This document shows positions 24,919-36,640 of a stretch of DNA of 64,000 bases, one piece after another. The translations under genes were made by a program, and so were the position numbers. The stretch is taken from assembly GCF_001447785.1 (NCBI RefSeq), contig NW_015164200.1:497764-561763 (forward strand), in the 5' to 3' direction. The notes below the pieces were generated by a model that had not been told where the DNA came from, searched no databases, and saw only the letters and a program-made list of their open reading frames with translations. Position 1 is the stretch's first letter. Each line of letters starts with the position of its first letter. Source of the DNA: Gekko japonicus (lineage: Eukaryota).

Positions 24919-25367
24919 GGCCCCGGTCACACGGCAAAGTTGCCGTGGGAGAGGCACGGGAGTCCTGTGGATTTTCCGGGTGCAATCTCACCCCAACATA
25001 TGGGAAGCGCAGTGCTCCCGTGGCGAACCCGTGGCTCCCCGCCGAAGGTGCGGAGTTAAACCGCGGGCCAAGGGCGAGCATCTGATCGCGTTCTCGGTGG
25101 ACTTACGTGGCATCCGGCGCCCGCCGCTGTTTGTCTCCGCAGGTTGCGCAACAGCGTCCAAAAACGCATGCGCACAAAGAGCGATTGCTAGTGCGATCGC
25201 ACGGCGTGGCTTCTGTGCCGCGCTGCAGGATACCCGTCTGATCGGCATTTCCCCGAACCACGGGACCTCGACCAGGATGTGTGCTCAGGCTGCCACGCGT
25301 TAGTTTCCCCCAGGGCAATTAGCCACGCCTCCCCCCCCTGCGATATCCGGCCCGTGTGACCAGGGCC
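24919..25367. mobile_element. CpG-rich Harbinger-like MITE
   Basis: TIR GGCCCCGGTCACACGG / CCGTGTGACCAGGGCC, flanked by ata on both sides. Confidence 0.8.
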
Positions 25368-25654
25368 ATAGTTAATTTTATTTAAAGGCTTCTACAGGAG
25401 GAGGTGATTTGGATCAGGGGCTATGAGGCATGTAGGAAAAAGGAGGAAAAGTTTATCCATTCCACATTACTGTCCCATGGATAGGAACATGCACACACCC
25501 TGTCGCTGTAATTGACCTAGTGTGGCTAATAACGGTGTGGTGAGGGGTAATGTCTATCTGGGCAAAAGGTGCAGGGGAGGAAACAATGTCCTCCCTGCTG
25601 TCTCTGATCCAGTGCACATCCTCCAATGGTTGCTTTTAAATATAATCAAAATGT

Positions 25655-25842
25655 TGAGAGATACCAAGACAGACCACTGGTTCATCTAGCTCAGTATTGT
25701 TCACCCTGATGAGCAATGACTAGCTAAAAACTCATTCTCAAAACCACTGGGAGTTTCTTAACCGGAAATGTCAGAGGTTGAACCTGGAATCTTCTGCATG
25801 CCAAGCATATGCTCTGCCATTGAACCATGACCCCTCCCCTGG
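25655..25842 (-). mobile_element. tRNA(Ala)-derived SINE
   Basis: Reverse complement reads ggttcaatggcagagcatatgcttggcatgcagaagattccaggttcaa; tail cagaccactggttcatctagctcagtattg. Confidence 0.75.
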
Positions 25843-26529
25843 CAGCTCTTATGGACTTTATGTGTATGGTGTGGCCCTTAAAACTTGGTCCCCACCTAGG
25901 CTGTAAGACAAATAAATAAATGAAAGTCATGACATACACTCAAGCCTGGACACATCACGTACCTGTTTTAAGAGGAGACAGACTGCTCTCAGATGTCAGC
26001 TGTTGACATTATTATGATGTCATTAGCTGGAGGAGGTACTGGCTGTGTCATTTAAAGAGACAGAGGCAGTTTGTAAAACAAACAAGAGAGAAAGCATCAG
26101 AAAAGTAAGTAATGCTAAATGAAAATATTTCTACTATGTATGAACACATTGATGTTCCTTACTAGGTAGAATCTTACATTTGTGAAATATGTTCACTCTT
26201 GCCATTACAGTCTTACATTTTTCAGGACCTGTATTTGCCATCTCACTCATGGTGCAACATGAGCAAAAGTGCCCTTTTGAGTGTTTTAGCCATACACACA
26301 TTCAGATTGCAAGGAACATTCAGAAAGGCCTTGCTGGCACCTGCTGCGTAGTTCCTTCACTGCTGATGAGGCTGGTTAGACTCTCTTAAATGATCCAGGA
26401 GCATCGCTCCAGCTGTCTCTAACTTTCAGCACCAGTTCAGATTAAAGAGTGCCTGTTTCCAAGGCATTTGGTTGTCTGGCAAACCATTCCACAGCTCTGC
26501 TCTGCAGCTGTTTCTAAACATTCAATGAA

Positions 26530-26859
26530 TGTAGCGGCCAGCCTGGCACTCTAATCTAGCCTGACACTCTGAGAACCTTGGGAAGGGTGGTAACAGCAAG
26601 GCATAGGGCTGGCAGGCAGGAGGGCTGCCCAAGGCCAATGATGTGGCATCGGAGAGGGAGAACCTAGGGGCCTCCCATAGCAACAAGTTGCCCAGGTTGA
26701 GGGAAAGGAACTGGAAGCTTCAGGTAGTAGCAACAGATTAGCCCTCTGTTGTTCCCTTGAACCCCTGGGCCAGGAGAATTCTGGGCTGTTATATGAGTGT
26801 TCCAGTACGAAGGAACTACCTGTAGCTCCCTCCTCCAGCCTTGCAACCCTGCTGGTACA
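26530..26859 (-). mobile_element. Possible short solo LTR
   Basis: TGTA...TACA ends; imperfect 4-bp flanks tgaa/ggaa; TATA-like motif on the minus strand near 26790. Confidence 0.4.
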
Positions 26860-27529
26860 GGAATCCACTTGTCAGATTCACATAACTGCCTGCCCATGCT
26901 CCCATGATGCTAACAGATAGTAGATAAACCCCAAAGCCAGCAGTTAAGTTAGCTGTCTTTTCAGTTAACAGGGTAGGGTGTACTGTCAGATAGACAGACT
27001 CATTGGTAGTAATCCATCTGGCATGAAGCAATTTTAAATTGATAGGAATGAAAAACAGGAGATGGGGGGGTTGATACTTGAAGCCAAAATGTTCATATTT
27101 AAATACGTTTGTATATATAATTTTGTTGTGATACTGGGGGGGGTTGTTAGTTTATTGCAAAGGGCATGGGCGGGGGGAGGATTTAAAAGAGAAGGGCGCT
27201 TGAGAAGAAGAGGCAGTCTTTAGGTGATTTGGGATGTTCTACTCATCATTGATTTGTTTCTCCTATATTGCCTATATTGGATTGTTACAGATAGGGCACA
27301 TGCAATAATTGAAGCCTGCAGCCATAGCTCTGTGTTTGGCACAGTGTATTAACCCCTTTTGCATTGCATCAGTATAATCCATTATATTATTGGGGGGCAT
27401 CCACCCATCTAGAGCCTGCTCTCCTGTGGATGCCATTCATTCCGTCACAGCAGTTGCTCCTGGTAGCGGCCCACTGCCCCATCCTAGCCACATGTTTCAT
27501 ATTCTGATCCTGGCTGGATGAACGCCATA

Positions 27530-28310
27530 TTAGTACAACAGTACACAAGGTGGCTTACTAATAAAAAGCATCTAAACTAAACTAATGCAAATATGGAAAA
27601 CCAGAATATGGAAATAATAGACAGCAGCAAAAAAGCAGATAGAAGCAGCACAACAGAAATCAGACATAAAAGGAGCAATAAAAACAGCCATCTATAATGA
27701 AAATCAACAAGAGCAACAAGAGACATCTTATCAAGACATCTCTTCCATTCAATCATCAGAGCCCTCTAAAATAAAATAGTTTCCCAGGGAAATTGAATTT
27801 GCTGGGGAAGGGAGTGCCACAGTCTGAAGGCCACAGCCAAACAAGCTTTGCCACCTGTGCTCCCCAAATTCATCATCAGTCAAGCTTGGCTTATGTAGCA
27901 GGAAAGGGATGGCCAGTCTCAGGACATGGCCAGGTCCAGGTGGGTAGAAGCCAGTTCTTAAGGCACCATGGTCCTAAACCGTTAGGGGATTTATTGGTCA
28001 ACACTTAAAAATTCCCAGGTGTAGTTAGAAGGCAAATGGGTTAGGAAGCCTCCTCTGTATGCCATCCTCATGTGTACAGAAGAAAGGCAGAATATACATG
28101 AAATAAACAAACATGTGTAGTTAGCACTGGCCCAAGAAACAAGTTGCAACCAGTGCAACAATAATAATGTTAAAATATGATCTCATTTAGCAGGCCCCAG
28201 TTTAAAAACCTTTGTAGCAGCTTTTGCTTCTAGTTAAAATGCCAAACAGCCCTCAAAGGAAGCCCTATACAGAGCATGTTGCAGTCATCTAGTCTGGGTT
28301 GCATTGTATG
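27530..28310 (-). mobile_element. Old L2 LINE 3' fragment
   Basis: Minus strand at about 28300-28215 translates RLDDCNMLCIGLPL; tail ends in taagccacc. Confidence 0.75.
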
Positions 28311-28530
28311 GTGTGGTTTGTACTGAAGAGGAGCAGATAGGTGGTCAAAAGAAGGGGAGGCTGGATTGGAATTAGCAGGCCTGTAGCCAGGATTTTCAAG
28401 TCGGGGCATTTAAATTTCTTAGGGGGCACTGGCTAATTGAATTAAAGGAATACCCAACTCCCTCCCCACACCTGCTGTCACTCAGGGGCCCTGGGCTGGA
28501 TGGAAAGTCATGGGGCCTTGCCAGTAAGAG

Positions 28531-29181
28531 AGGGTTGCCAGGTCCCTCAAAGTCCCCAGCAGGGGACTTTGGGGGGCGTTACTGAAGGGGGTGGGGAGTC
28601 CCTAGCGTGATGACATCACACAGAAGTGATGTCATTATGTTGGGGAGGGGAGGCCCTGCCTCTCCTCAGCAACTTTTAAAGACATCCTTTAAATGCTGCT
28701 GGGGAGAGGTGGGGGGGAGGCTGCATGCGCCTGCACTCCAAGCCCCAAATTCGGGGCTCAGAGTGCAGGTGAGCGTCCCCCCTCTCCCCAGCGGCATTTA
28801 AAGACTTCTTTTAAACGCTGCTGGGGAGAGGTGGGGGGGAGGCTGCACGCGCCTGCACTCCAAGCCCCAAATTCGGGGCTCAGTGTGCAGGCGCGCAGCC
28901 CCCGCCTCTCCCTAGCAACGCTTAAAGACATTCTTTAAATGCTGCTGGGGGGGGGGAGGCCGAGCACACCTGCACTCAGAGCCCCAAATTTGGGGCTTGG
29001 AGTGCAGGCATGCAGCCCCTGCCTCTCCCCAGCATTGTTTATATGCTGTTGGGAAGAGGTGGGGAGGAGGCTGGGAGGTTTCCCTTGGGGGCAGGGCTTC
29101 CCCCACCAGCTGGCTGATGGGCAGGAAGGAGCCCCTCCAAATCGGGAAACCCCCACCAAACCGAAGAGTCTGACAACCCTA
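28531..29181. mobile_element. TAGGGTTGCCA-family MITE with an internal array of three ~122-bp palindromic units
   Basis: Termini agggttgccag / ctgacaacccta; units start at about 28675, 28797 and 28921. Confidence 0.78.
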
Positions 29182-29639
29182 ACTGGAATGGGAAGAGGCT
29201 TGATGGGCCACTCCACTGGCCCACCCCTTGGGGAAGCACAGTAGTCTGTTCTCTTCCAATTAACCATGTGGCAAGATGTAGTCAGTAGGTAGCTTCTACA
29301 GGCAGCAGCAAGTACTGTTCCGGGAATGGAATACTAGGGATGATTTTGAATGTCTCTTCCCTCTTCTTATGATCCTTGTTTTGATGTCACCTCTCCTTTG
29401 TGTTAATCAAAGCTGCAATTTTTAAAATTTTCACACACTTTTTCTGTTTCTTCACCTTGAATTTTCCCAGGTAGAGGTACTCAGTTGCTAATGCAGTTTC
29501 AGCCTCAGCAAATCAATGTTGTTCTCCCGTTGTACGTATAAATAGATTTCCGTGTCCCCAACTGGGGGCTACTGTGGAAAACAGGCAGACTCTAGGGAGG
29601 AGCTTCCCTTTAAAACTCTGCTGCCACCCACCCATGACA

Positions 29640-29840
29640 CACAAGAAGCTGCCTTATTGAAAGACACTTGGTCTGTCAAGGTCAGTAGTGCCTCTTGTGT
29701 CAGGCAGCAGCTCTCTAGGGTCTCAGCACAAAGTCTTTCACCCCAGCTACTACTTAAGGCTTTTAGCTGGACAGGCCAGAGTTTGAACCTGGGACCTTCT
29801 GCGTACCAAGCAGATACTCTAACCACTAACCCATGCCCCC
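29640..29840 (-). mobile_element. tRNA(Ala)-derived SINE
   Basis: ttgaacctgggaccttctgcgtaccaagcagatactctaaccact; tail gaagctgccttat. Confidence 0.78.
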
Positions 29841-31070
29841 CTCCCTTAAGGCTGGCAGCTTATTGGCAGTGCCTCAGCAAGAGGCAGGGTGGAGTCACCA
29901 CTATGGATGGGGCATCTTCTGACCTGTTGCAAGAGGAGGCACCTTTGTCAGAGAACAGGAACGGCAGAAGTGCATGTGCAGTATGCTGTGACTTCTTCAA
30001 AAGAGCCAGGGACAGAAGATTACTAATTACTCACTCCAGGCAGAAATTAATAAATGTGTAGGACATGTGTCAACATCTTCAAAACCAACAGCAAAAACCA
30101 AAGCACCTAAACAGTTGCCAGAAATATAAATGGATAGGAAAACAAATGAAATGAGAAACTTTGGTTCATCCTGACTGAGAACCAACTTCCTGTTTTAATA
30201 AGAAATAAAATTGGTTAATTATGTTCCTGTGCAAGTCACAATTCCCCTCCCCTCCCATTTAATTCGGTAATGTTTGCCTACAGGCTGTGGGAGTTGCTGC
30301 CTTTAAGCAGTTCTGTGTAAGGGTGAAGCTAAATAAACATTCAAATAGGATTTCTTTTTTTAAAAAAAATAAGAACAAACTCTCTGAAGACACACTACTG
30401 TGGCATGGGCTGTTTATCAAAATATATAAGCATATAGCTGTAACAGAGACTTTGTAAACACATTATAGAGCAAACTATGAAAGATAAACCACCAAGGTGC
30501 CATTTCCTAACTCCATAAGCACCAAGTTAAGAGACTAGCATCATAAAGGCGATCTGCGCTGTTAAAAAATATTTGTTTTTGTCTGAGATTATTGTGCTTT
30601 ATGCCCAGTGGACTAATCCCTTTTTATCCTTTGAAATGGAGGCATTTAACGAAGAATTCACAGCTCACTGGAAAAAAAAGGTCTTGAAAAACAGACTGGT
30701 CTGGCTAAAACTTGTATGCAATCCCCACCTGTAGAACAGATTGGAAAATCTGATATTGTTGTTTTATGTAGGACAGCAGTCCGTGTGCAGGTAGCCCTTT
30801 GAGGGGTCACGCCAGGTAGCCCAGGTTTTCTGTCATCAGTAAAGACCTCACAAACTTGCCCGCCGTAATTAATGTGTGGTCATTATGGGAGATCCAGACT
30901 GGAAATCCAGCCTTTATGTGGTGGTTAGTGTTGGGCAACAGTGGGAAATACCTGCACTGAAACCCTGAAGATGACCTGATACTAGACACTGTCTCTTAGC
31001 ATAACCTGTTTTTCAGGGGATGGGAGGAATGTATGCTTCTCAGAATCCCTGGGAAGAAAGGTGGGGTAAC

Positions 31071-31348
31071 CAGGGCTCTAGTCGGGGGGGAGCTCTCAGG
31101 TACGGAGCTCCGGAAGAGAACCTCTAGGGGGCGGGGCGGTCACGTGGTGAAGCCCCGCCCCCTTCTTTACCCCGCCCTCTGCTTCGATCCTCATTCCGTT
31201 TGGGAATGAGGATGAAGCAGGAGGGTAAGTAGCCGGGCCTTCTGACACACTTCCGGTGATGTCAGGGGGCGTGGCATATGCAAATAAGTTATGCTAATGA
31301 GTTATGCTAATGAGCTCCGGCAGCTCTTTTTCTACAACAAGACCCCTG
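31071..31348 (+). mobile_element. hAT-like MITE carrying an octamer/ATGCTAATGAG cluster
   Basis: cagggc...acccctg termini; homologous (inverted) to 51215-51556. Confidence 0.75.
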
Positions 31349-31979
31349 GTCTCCAGACTTTAATTGAGAGATAGAAAATGAATGTATGTTGGGCTGGCAG
31401 GAAGGGAGCAGAAAGCCTGTTACATGATCCACCCACCATATAGACATGCCAAAGTCCCCAAAGGTATAGTGTCATCAATGCTGGAAGTGGTTTATTCATA
31501 TATTTACGTATGTATACCCTGCTTGTCTACCCAGTGGAGACCCTCAGCAGCTTAAAATATTGTTCTCCCTTTCTCCATTTTATCGTTACAACAGCCCTGT
31601 AAGGCACATTAGGCTGTAGAAGACTGGACTAAGGTCACTCAGTGAGCTTCCATAGAAAAGTGGGATTTGTACCATAGCCTGATTCTCTAACCCCCTAGCC
31701 CACAGTCAAAGAAAGGCCTCACTGATCCCAAACCTGGCCTCTTGGAGGCACAGGTTTGGCTATTAATCTACCCAATATGGGGAGTTCCGAGTCTGAATGG
31801 GTTTACGGTAAAAAAAAAGAAAAGAAAGACCCATATAGCCATTCTGTAAATACCACCACCCAGCAGTGGTTTCTCAGAGAGACAGACCACTGTCACAAAC
31901 CTTTTCCGGGCAAGACATTTCCAGATCGGCTGAGCTGCTGGCATGGCAATGGTGCTCACAGGGAAGCTGGCCAAAAAAA

Positions 31980-32700
31980 TACATTCATTACGTGCTTCCC
32001 AATTTAATTGCATGTCCACATCTGTTTAACTGGCACTCCTGCTTCTTTGTTTCTTTTCTGACAGATCTCTGGTTAGGCAAATGCTCTGTCTACATCGGAA
32101 GTTATTCAGATTAATGAGATTCCACTCTGTTCCCAAATAAGTAGCAATTATTTGCACAGTCAGCGGCTTAACAATATGGAATTGTATTCTTGCTTCTTTG
32201 ATAACTAATAATTGTGATATACCGGCAATCGCGTTGTTTGATTATGAGCAGTAATTTTTGTCTTCCATTAAGACCTTTTGCATCAAGTAAAAAAGACTGA
32301 GCATGCAATAAAGAAAGCAGAGTTCATGCATCATATTTAAAAAACCACAAAACAAACACAATAAATCCATTAAAGCATAATGATTTCCAAATGTGACAAA
32401 TTTGCAGATTAAAGCTCATTGAACATGCATTTAAATGATTGATGGAGATGGCTCAAAAAGAGCCATTTTAATCTATTGGATCAATAATCCTGCCCCCTTT
32501 TTCTTTGTAACTCTGCTAAGGAGATACTGTCTGATGAGAGACATGTTTAATTCAAAGAGGCAAAAGGGAGTCAGGGCCACTTTAAAAAAAGTAAGTGTAA
32601 ATAGGAGTGGTTGACTGTTTATATTGCTTACACAACAAGTTTTTATATTGCTGGTGCCAGTCATTAATACAAATCCTATGAAGTTTACAGTCCTTGTTGA
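31980..32700. promoter_or_regulatory. Candidate conserved enhancer (PBX-HOX + MEIS motifs)
   Basis: Repeat-free; TGATTGATGG at 32436-32445, TGACAA at 32394-32399, AACAAT and TAAT clusters. Confidence 0.45.
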
Positions 32701-32706
32701 ACATGC

Positions 32707-32862
32707 AGCCAGTTTGGTGTAGTGGTTAAGTGTGCGGACTCTAATCTGGGAGAACTGGGTTTGAGTCCCCACTCCTCCACTTGCACCTGCTGATGTGACC
32801 TTGGGTCTGTCACAAGCTCTGGCACAGCTGTTCCTGAAAGAGCAGTTTGTGTCAGAGTTCTC
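32707..32862 (+). mobile_element. Squam3-like SINE, 3'-truncated
   Basis: gccagtttggtgtagtggttaagtgtgcggactctaatctgggagaac head. Confidence 0.85.
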
Positions 32863-32991
32863 TCCTGTGCCTGTTGGTTTTTTAATTTCTCCCCAGTGGG
32901 AGGAAGAACCAAAACATGAGCATTGCCGACTGCCACCACTGCTGCGCCGGTGAGTGAATGAAGATCCCGCAGCTTCCCACCCAAGCAACAT

Positions 32992-33053
32992 TCTCTCTCT
33001 CTCTCTCCCCCTCTCTCCCCCTCCCTCTCTCTCACTCTCTCTCTCTCTCTCTC
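32992..33053. repeat. (CT)n microsatellite
   Basis: Seen directly in the sequence. Confidence 0.9.
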
Positions 33054-33159
33054 ATCTCAGAAACCTTCAGTAAATCAGTAAATCAGCACTGTAGGCTCAA
33101 AACACACATGTCCATAGACTGGGTTTGTAAGCATCAGCCTGTAATAGCTAACCTGCAAT

Positions 33160-33600
33160 TAGAATGACTGACCTCCCTGAGCCTGGAGTTCTCCCAGGAT
33201 TGCAACTGGTCTCCAGACTACAGAGATCAGTTCCTCTAGAGCAGTGGTTCTCAACCTTCCTAATGCCGCGACCCTTTAATACAGTTCCTCATGTTGTCGT
33301 TAGCCCCCAACCATAAAATTACTTTCGTTGCTATCATAAGACCATTGCAAATTTGTGTTTTCCGATGGTCTTAGGCGACCCCTGTGAAAGGGTCGTTCGA
33401 CCCCCAAAGGGGTCACGACCCACAGGTTGAGAACCACTGCTCTAGAGGAAATGGCAGCTTCAGAGGATGTAGATTCTGTTACAACATAGAATCTAGGAGA
33501 AATTGAGTCCTAGAGTAATATAACATCCCTGCTGAGCTTCTGTCTTCCCTAGGCACCAGCCCCACATCTGGAGTTTTCCAAGCCAGAGCTGGCAACCTTA
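33160..33600 (-). mobile_element. TAGGGTTGCCA-family MITE interrupted by a SPIN MITE
   Basis: ctccagactacagagatcagttcc core; ends ctggcaacctta. Confidence 0.75.
33242..33439. mobile_element. SPIN (Space Invaders; URR1-like) non-autonomous hAT
   Basis: CAGTGGTTCTCAACCTTCCTAATGCCGCGACCCTTTAATACAGTTCCTCATG...GACCCACAGGTTGAGAACCACTG; perfect TSD ctctagag. Confidence 0.92.
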
Positions 33601-33654
33601 TCTGTATGATCCAAGTTTTCACTAGCCATTTCAGTAGGGATGAGATGATCTGGC

Positions 33655-33872
33655 CATTTATAACCTGCCTTTCTCCCTAGTTGCAACCCAAAGTAGATTA
33701 CACCATTCTCCTGTCCTCCCTTTTATCCTCATAATAAGACCATGAGACAGGTTGGGCTTTCAATGTGTGAATGGCCCAAGGTCACATTGCAAGTATCCAT
33801 GACAGAGCGAGGTTTTGTACCTGTGCCTCCCAGTTCCTAGTCTGATACACTAACCACTGCACCACATTGGCT
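33655..33872 (-). mobile_element. MIR-like/Squam3-type SINE
   Basis: ttttatcctcataat...tggcccaaggtcac...ctaaccactgcaccacattggc. Confidence 0.75.
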
Positions 33873-34260
33873 TTTAATAGTTTATTCATTGCTAGAACTT
33901 TTGTAAGCTGTCTTGCGCAGACTGCATAGAAAGGCAGTATAGAAATTATCTAAATAACTAAATACATTTTACATTTGTGCCATTTTGCATCATCTGTACA
34001 CCACTGAAACAAAAAATAACATTGAAAAATTGGAAAGAGAAACTGATGCAGAAATGAAGACTGGGAGGTTCATTTCTCTCAAGGGAGAAACGAAATTGAA
34101 TCAAACCACACAGCTTTTTCAAAATTCTTTCTCAGTCCTACAGACCTCAGTGAGTTCAGCACACATAACAGCTTGTTGTGCAGTAAAGTAGCAAGTGGAC
34201 TGATCTGCTGTGTGGAAAGAACAGTTTTCATTGTATGATAGGACACATATCAGTATGGGC

Positions 34261-34571
34261 TAGGCTTGCCAACTCCCCCCGGGGGGCGGGGAAACCCTCA
34301 CCCCAGAGGCCCGTTCCCCGCCGGTGGCGGATCGGGCCCTGGGGGGAACTCCAACCGCGACGTGCATGTCGCCCGGAACTGATGCGGGCACGCTGGGCAC
34401 GCTGGGGACGGGGCCACGGTCATCTGAGGGAAAACTCTATGGTTTTTAGCTGGACAGGCCCCCGGCGTGCCCGCGTCACTTCCGGGTGACGTGGATGTGG
34501 CGCGCGCGCACACACTCCAGCCGCCAGCCGGGAGTCCCCCGCTGTGGCTGAGTTCTCACTTGGCAACCCTA
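34261..34571. mobile_element. Young CpG-rich hAT MITE
   Basis: TIR taggcttgccaa/ttggcaacccta; perfect TSD gtatgggc. Confidence 0.9.
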
Positions 34572-34881
34572 GTATGGGCTGAAAAATCAATGTGGCCACA
34601 CAGCAAACCCATTAGGGGACACTTTGTAGCCTGCCTAGCTCTAAGGCATGTTGAACTTTTCATGTGATCAGTCTCTGATGTGAAATGGCCCTTGATTATT
34701 AGCCAATAGGGAAGAAATTGTTGGGGTGTCATGCTAAATAGTATAGATCCATAATCAGTCACTCCATCGAAACCTTAAAGCACTTGTGATGCAATCCTAA
34801 GAAGAATTATGCCCTTCTAAACTCATCGATACTAGTGGAATTACAAGTATGTAACTGAGTAAAATACATTAGGAGTAGTGT

Positions 34882-35126
34882 TAGGGTTGCCAGGTCCCCC
34901 CTGACCACCAGCGGGGGATGGAGGAATGGTGTTGCCAGATCCAGGTTGGGAAACTCCTGGTGATTTGGGGATGGAGTCTGGGGAGGACAGGGACCTCAGT
35001 GGGGCACAATGCCAGAGTCCACCCTCCAAAGCATCCATCTTCTCCAGGGGAACTGATCTCTGTAGTCTGGAGTTGAACTGTAATTCCAGGGGATCCCCAG
35101 GTCCCACCTGGAGGCTGGCATCCCTG
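34882..35126 (+). mobile_element. TAGGGTTGCCA-family MITE
   Basis: tagggttgccagg...ctggcatccctg; core ttctccaggggaactgatctctgtagtctggag recurs many times in the window. Confidence 0.82.
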
Positions 35127-36451
35127 TGACCAGGAATCCCTGATACCTCTCTTTGTACTGGGGCTTAGAAATCAATATGAACCTCACATGAAGATATGTA
35201 ACATCAAAGCAATTTGTGGTACATAGTAATAAGTATTATATTAGCTTTATGTTCTAAGAGTCCTATTTTGTTTATGATCCTCTCTGTACAATGCTAAAAT
35301 TTCTATTAAGTGCAAAGTTAAAGCATCATAAAATGCAGACAGGAACCAAAGTCACCTGGGAAAAAATTATGCCCAGTGAAATAGCAGAAGGTGGCCCATG
35401 TGTAGTAGCAAAGAGGAACTGATGACATTTATTTGTTTAAGTTATTTTACCCCACGCTCTCGGCCAGTGGCACTCATGGTACCTCATGACACATAAAAGA
35501 GTTGAAAAGTGATATCAAAGCAATACTCTGACCAACATTAATAATAAATAACTAGTCATTAAAATGCAATTGGTATTTTAGTGATTGAGAGACTGAGATG
35601 CAGATCATGAAGTTCACCAATTAAGCCTCCCCTCCGCATGGACATATTTAGGCAAGGCTCTCTCAGTAGCTATTTCCCATCTGCCATACGGGGATAGTAA
35701 TCCCTGCTATGTAGAGTGGTGTTAAGGATTACAGCAAAATGATGCACATGGAACATTCTAAAGCAGGGTCCCCAGCCTTTTTTGAGCCCAGGGTTACCTC
35801 TGAAATTTTGAGAGGTACTGAGGAGGACTATCCCAAAAATGGCTGCCACAGGAGGTGGAGCTGAACTCAAAATGGCTGCCACAGGCCAGAGGCAGAAAAA
35901 GGGGAATGAAAAGAAATGAAAGAAAGCAAACCCAGGGGAAGGGAGAAAGAGACTAGGGAATAAAAAGGAGGAAAGACCGAAGTGAGAATGATGTAGGTAT
36001 TTTAATGTTGGTTTTAACTGCATTATTTATTGTATCTGTTCTGTTGTAAGCCACTCTGAGCCCTACTTGCAAAGAAGGGTGGTCTAACAAATCTAATTTA
36101 ATAAATAAATAAAATCACATGCTAAGTAAGAAAAACCCAGTCCTCTTGATCCTCGAGTGGCTGCGGCTGCTATTGCAGCCATAGCAACCCTTTTCATTGG
36201 AATGAAGGCAGCCCATAACAAGCCCTGCCTTACAATGGTCCTGCCCACTTTCTGGGCTCCATGGTGCCCATTGGTGCCACATTGGGGGATCCTGTGCCAA
36301 ATCACTGTATAAATGCCACATATATCATTATGTCTTTAGGTTTGGACTGGAAACACAATTGCCAGCCATAATTTAGATTTATCTGCATATGTTCATGTCT
36401 GGGACTTCTGCCACTGCTAACTGCTCAGCATATTAGTCTGCATCCCAAAGA

Positions 36452-36640
36452 CAGGATTGTCAGCCTCCAGGTGAGGCTTGGAGATCTCCCAGAATTACGG
36501 CTGATCTCCAGACTACAGAGATCAGTTCCCTTGCTAGAAATGGCTGCTTGGGAGGGTGGCTTCTGTGGCATTATACCCTGCAGACTCCATCCTACTCAGC
36601 CTCCACCCCCAAATCTCCCAATCCAGAATTGAAAACCCTA
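36452..36640 (-). mobile_element. TAGGGTTGCCA-family MITE
   Basis: Same core, inverted. Confidence 0.72.

Noticed and set aside
28675-29040. CRISPR-like repeat array
   Set aside because: Eukaryotic context, no unique spacers and no cas genes; the units are whole tandem palindromes inside a MITE.
30960-31000. EDDLIL resembling the AFF2 MLEDDLKL exon
   Set aside because: No acceptor upstream and no SSDED continuation.
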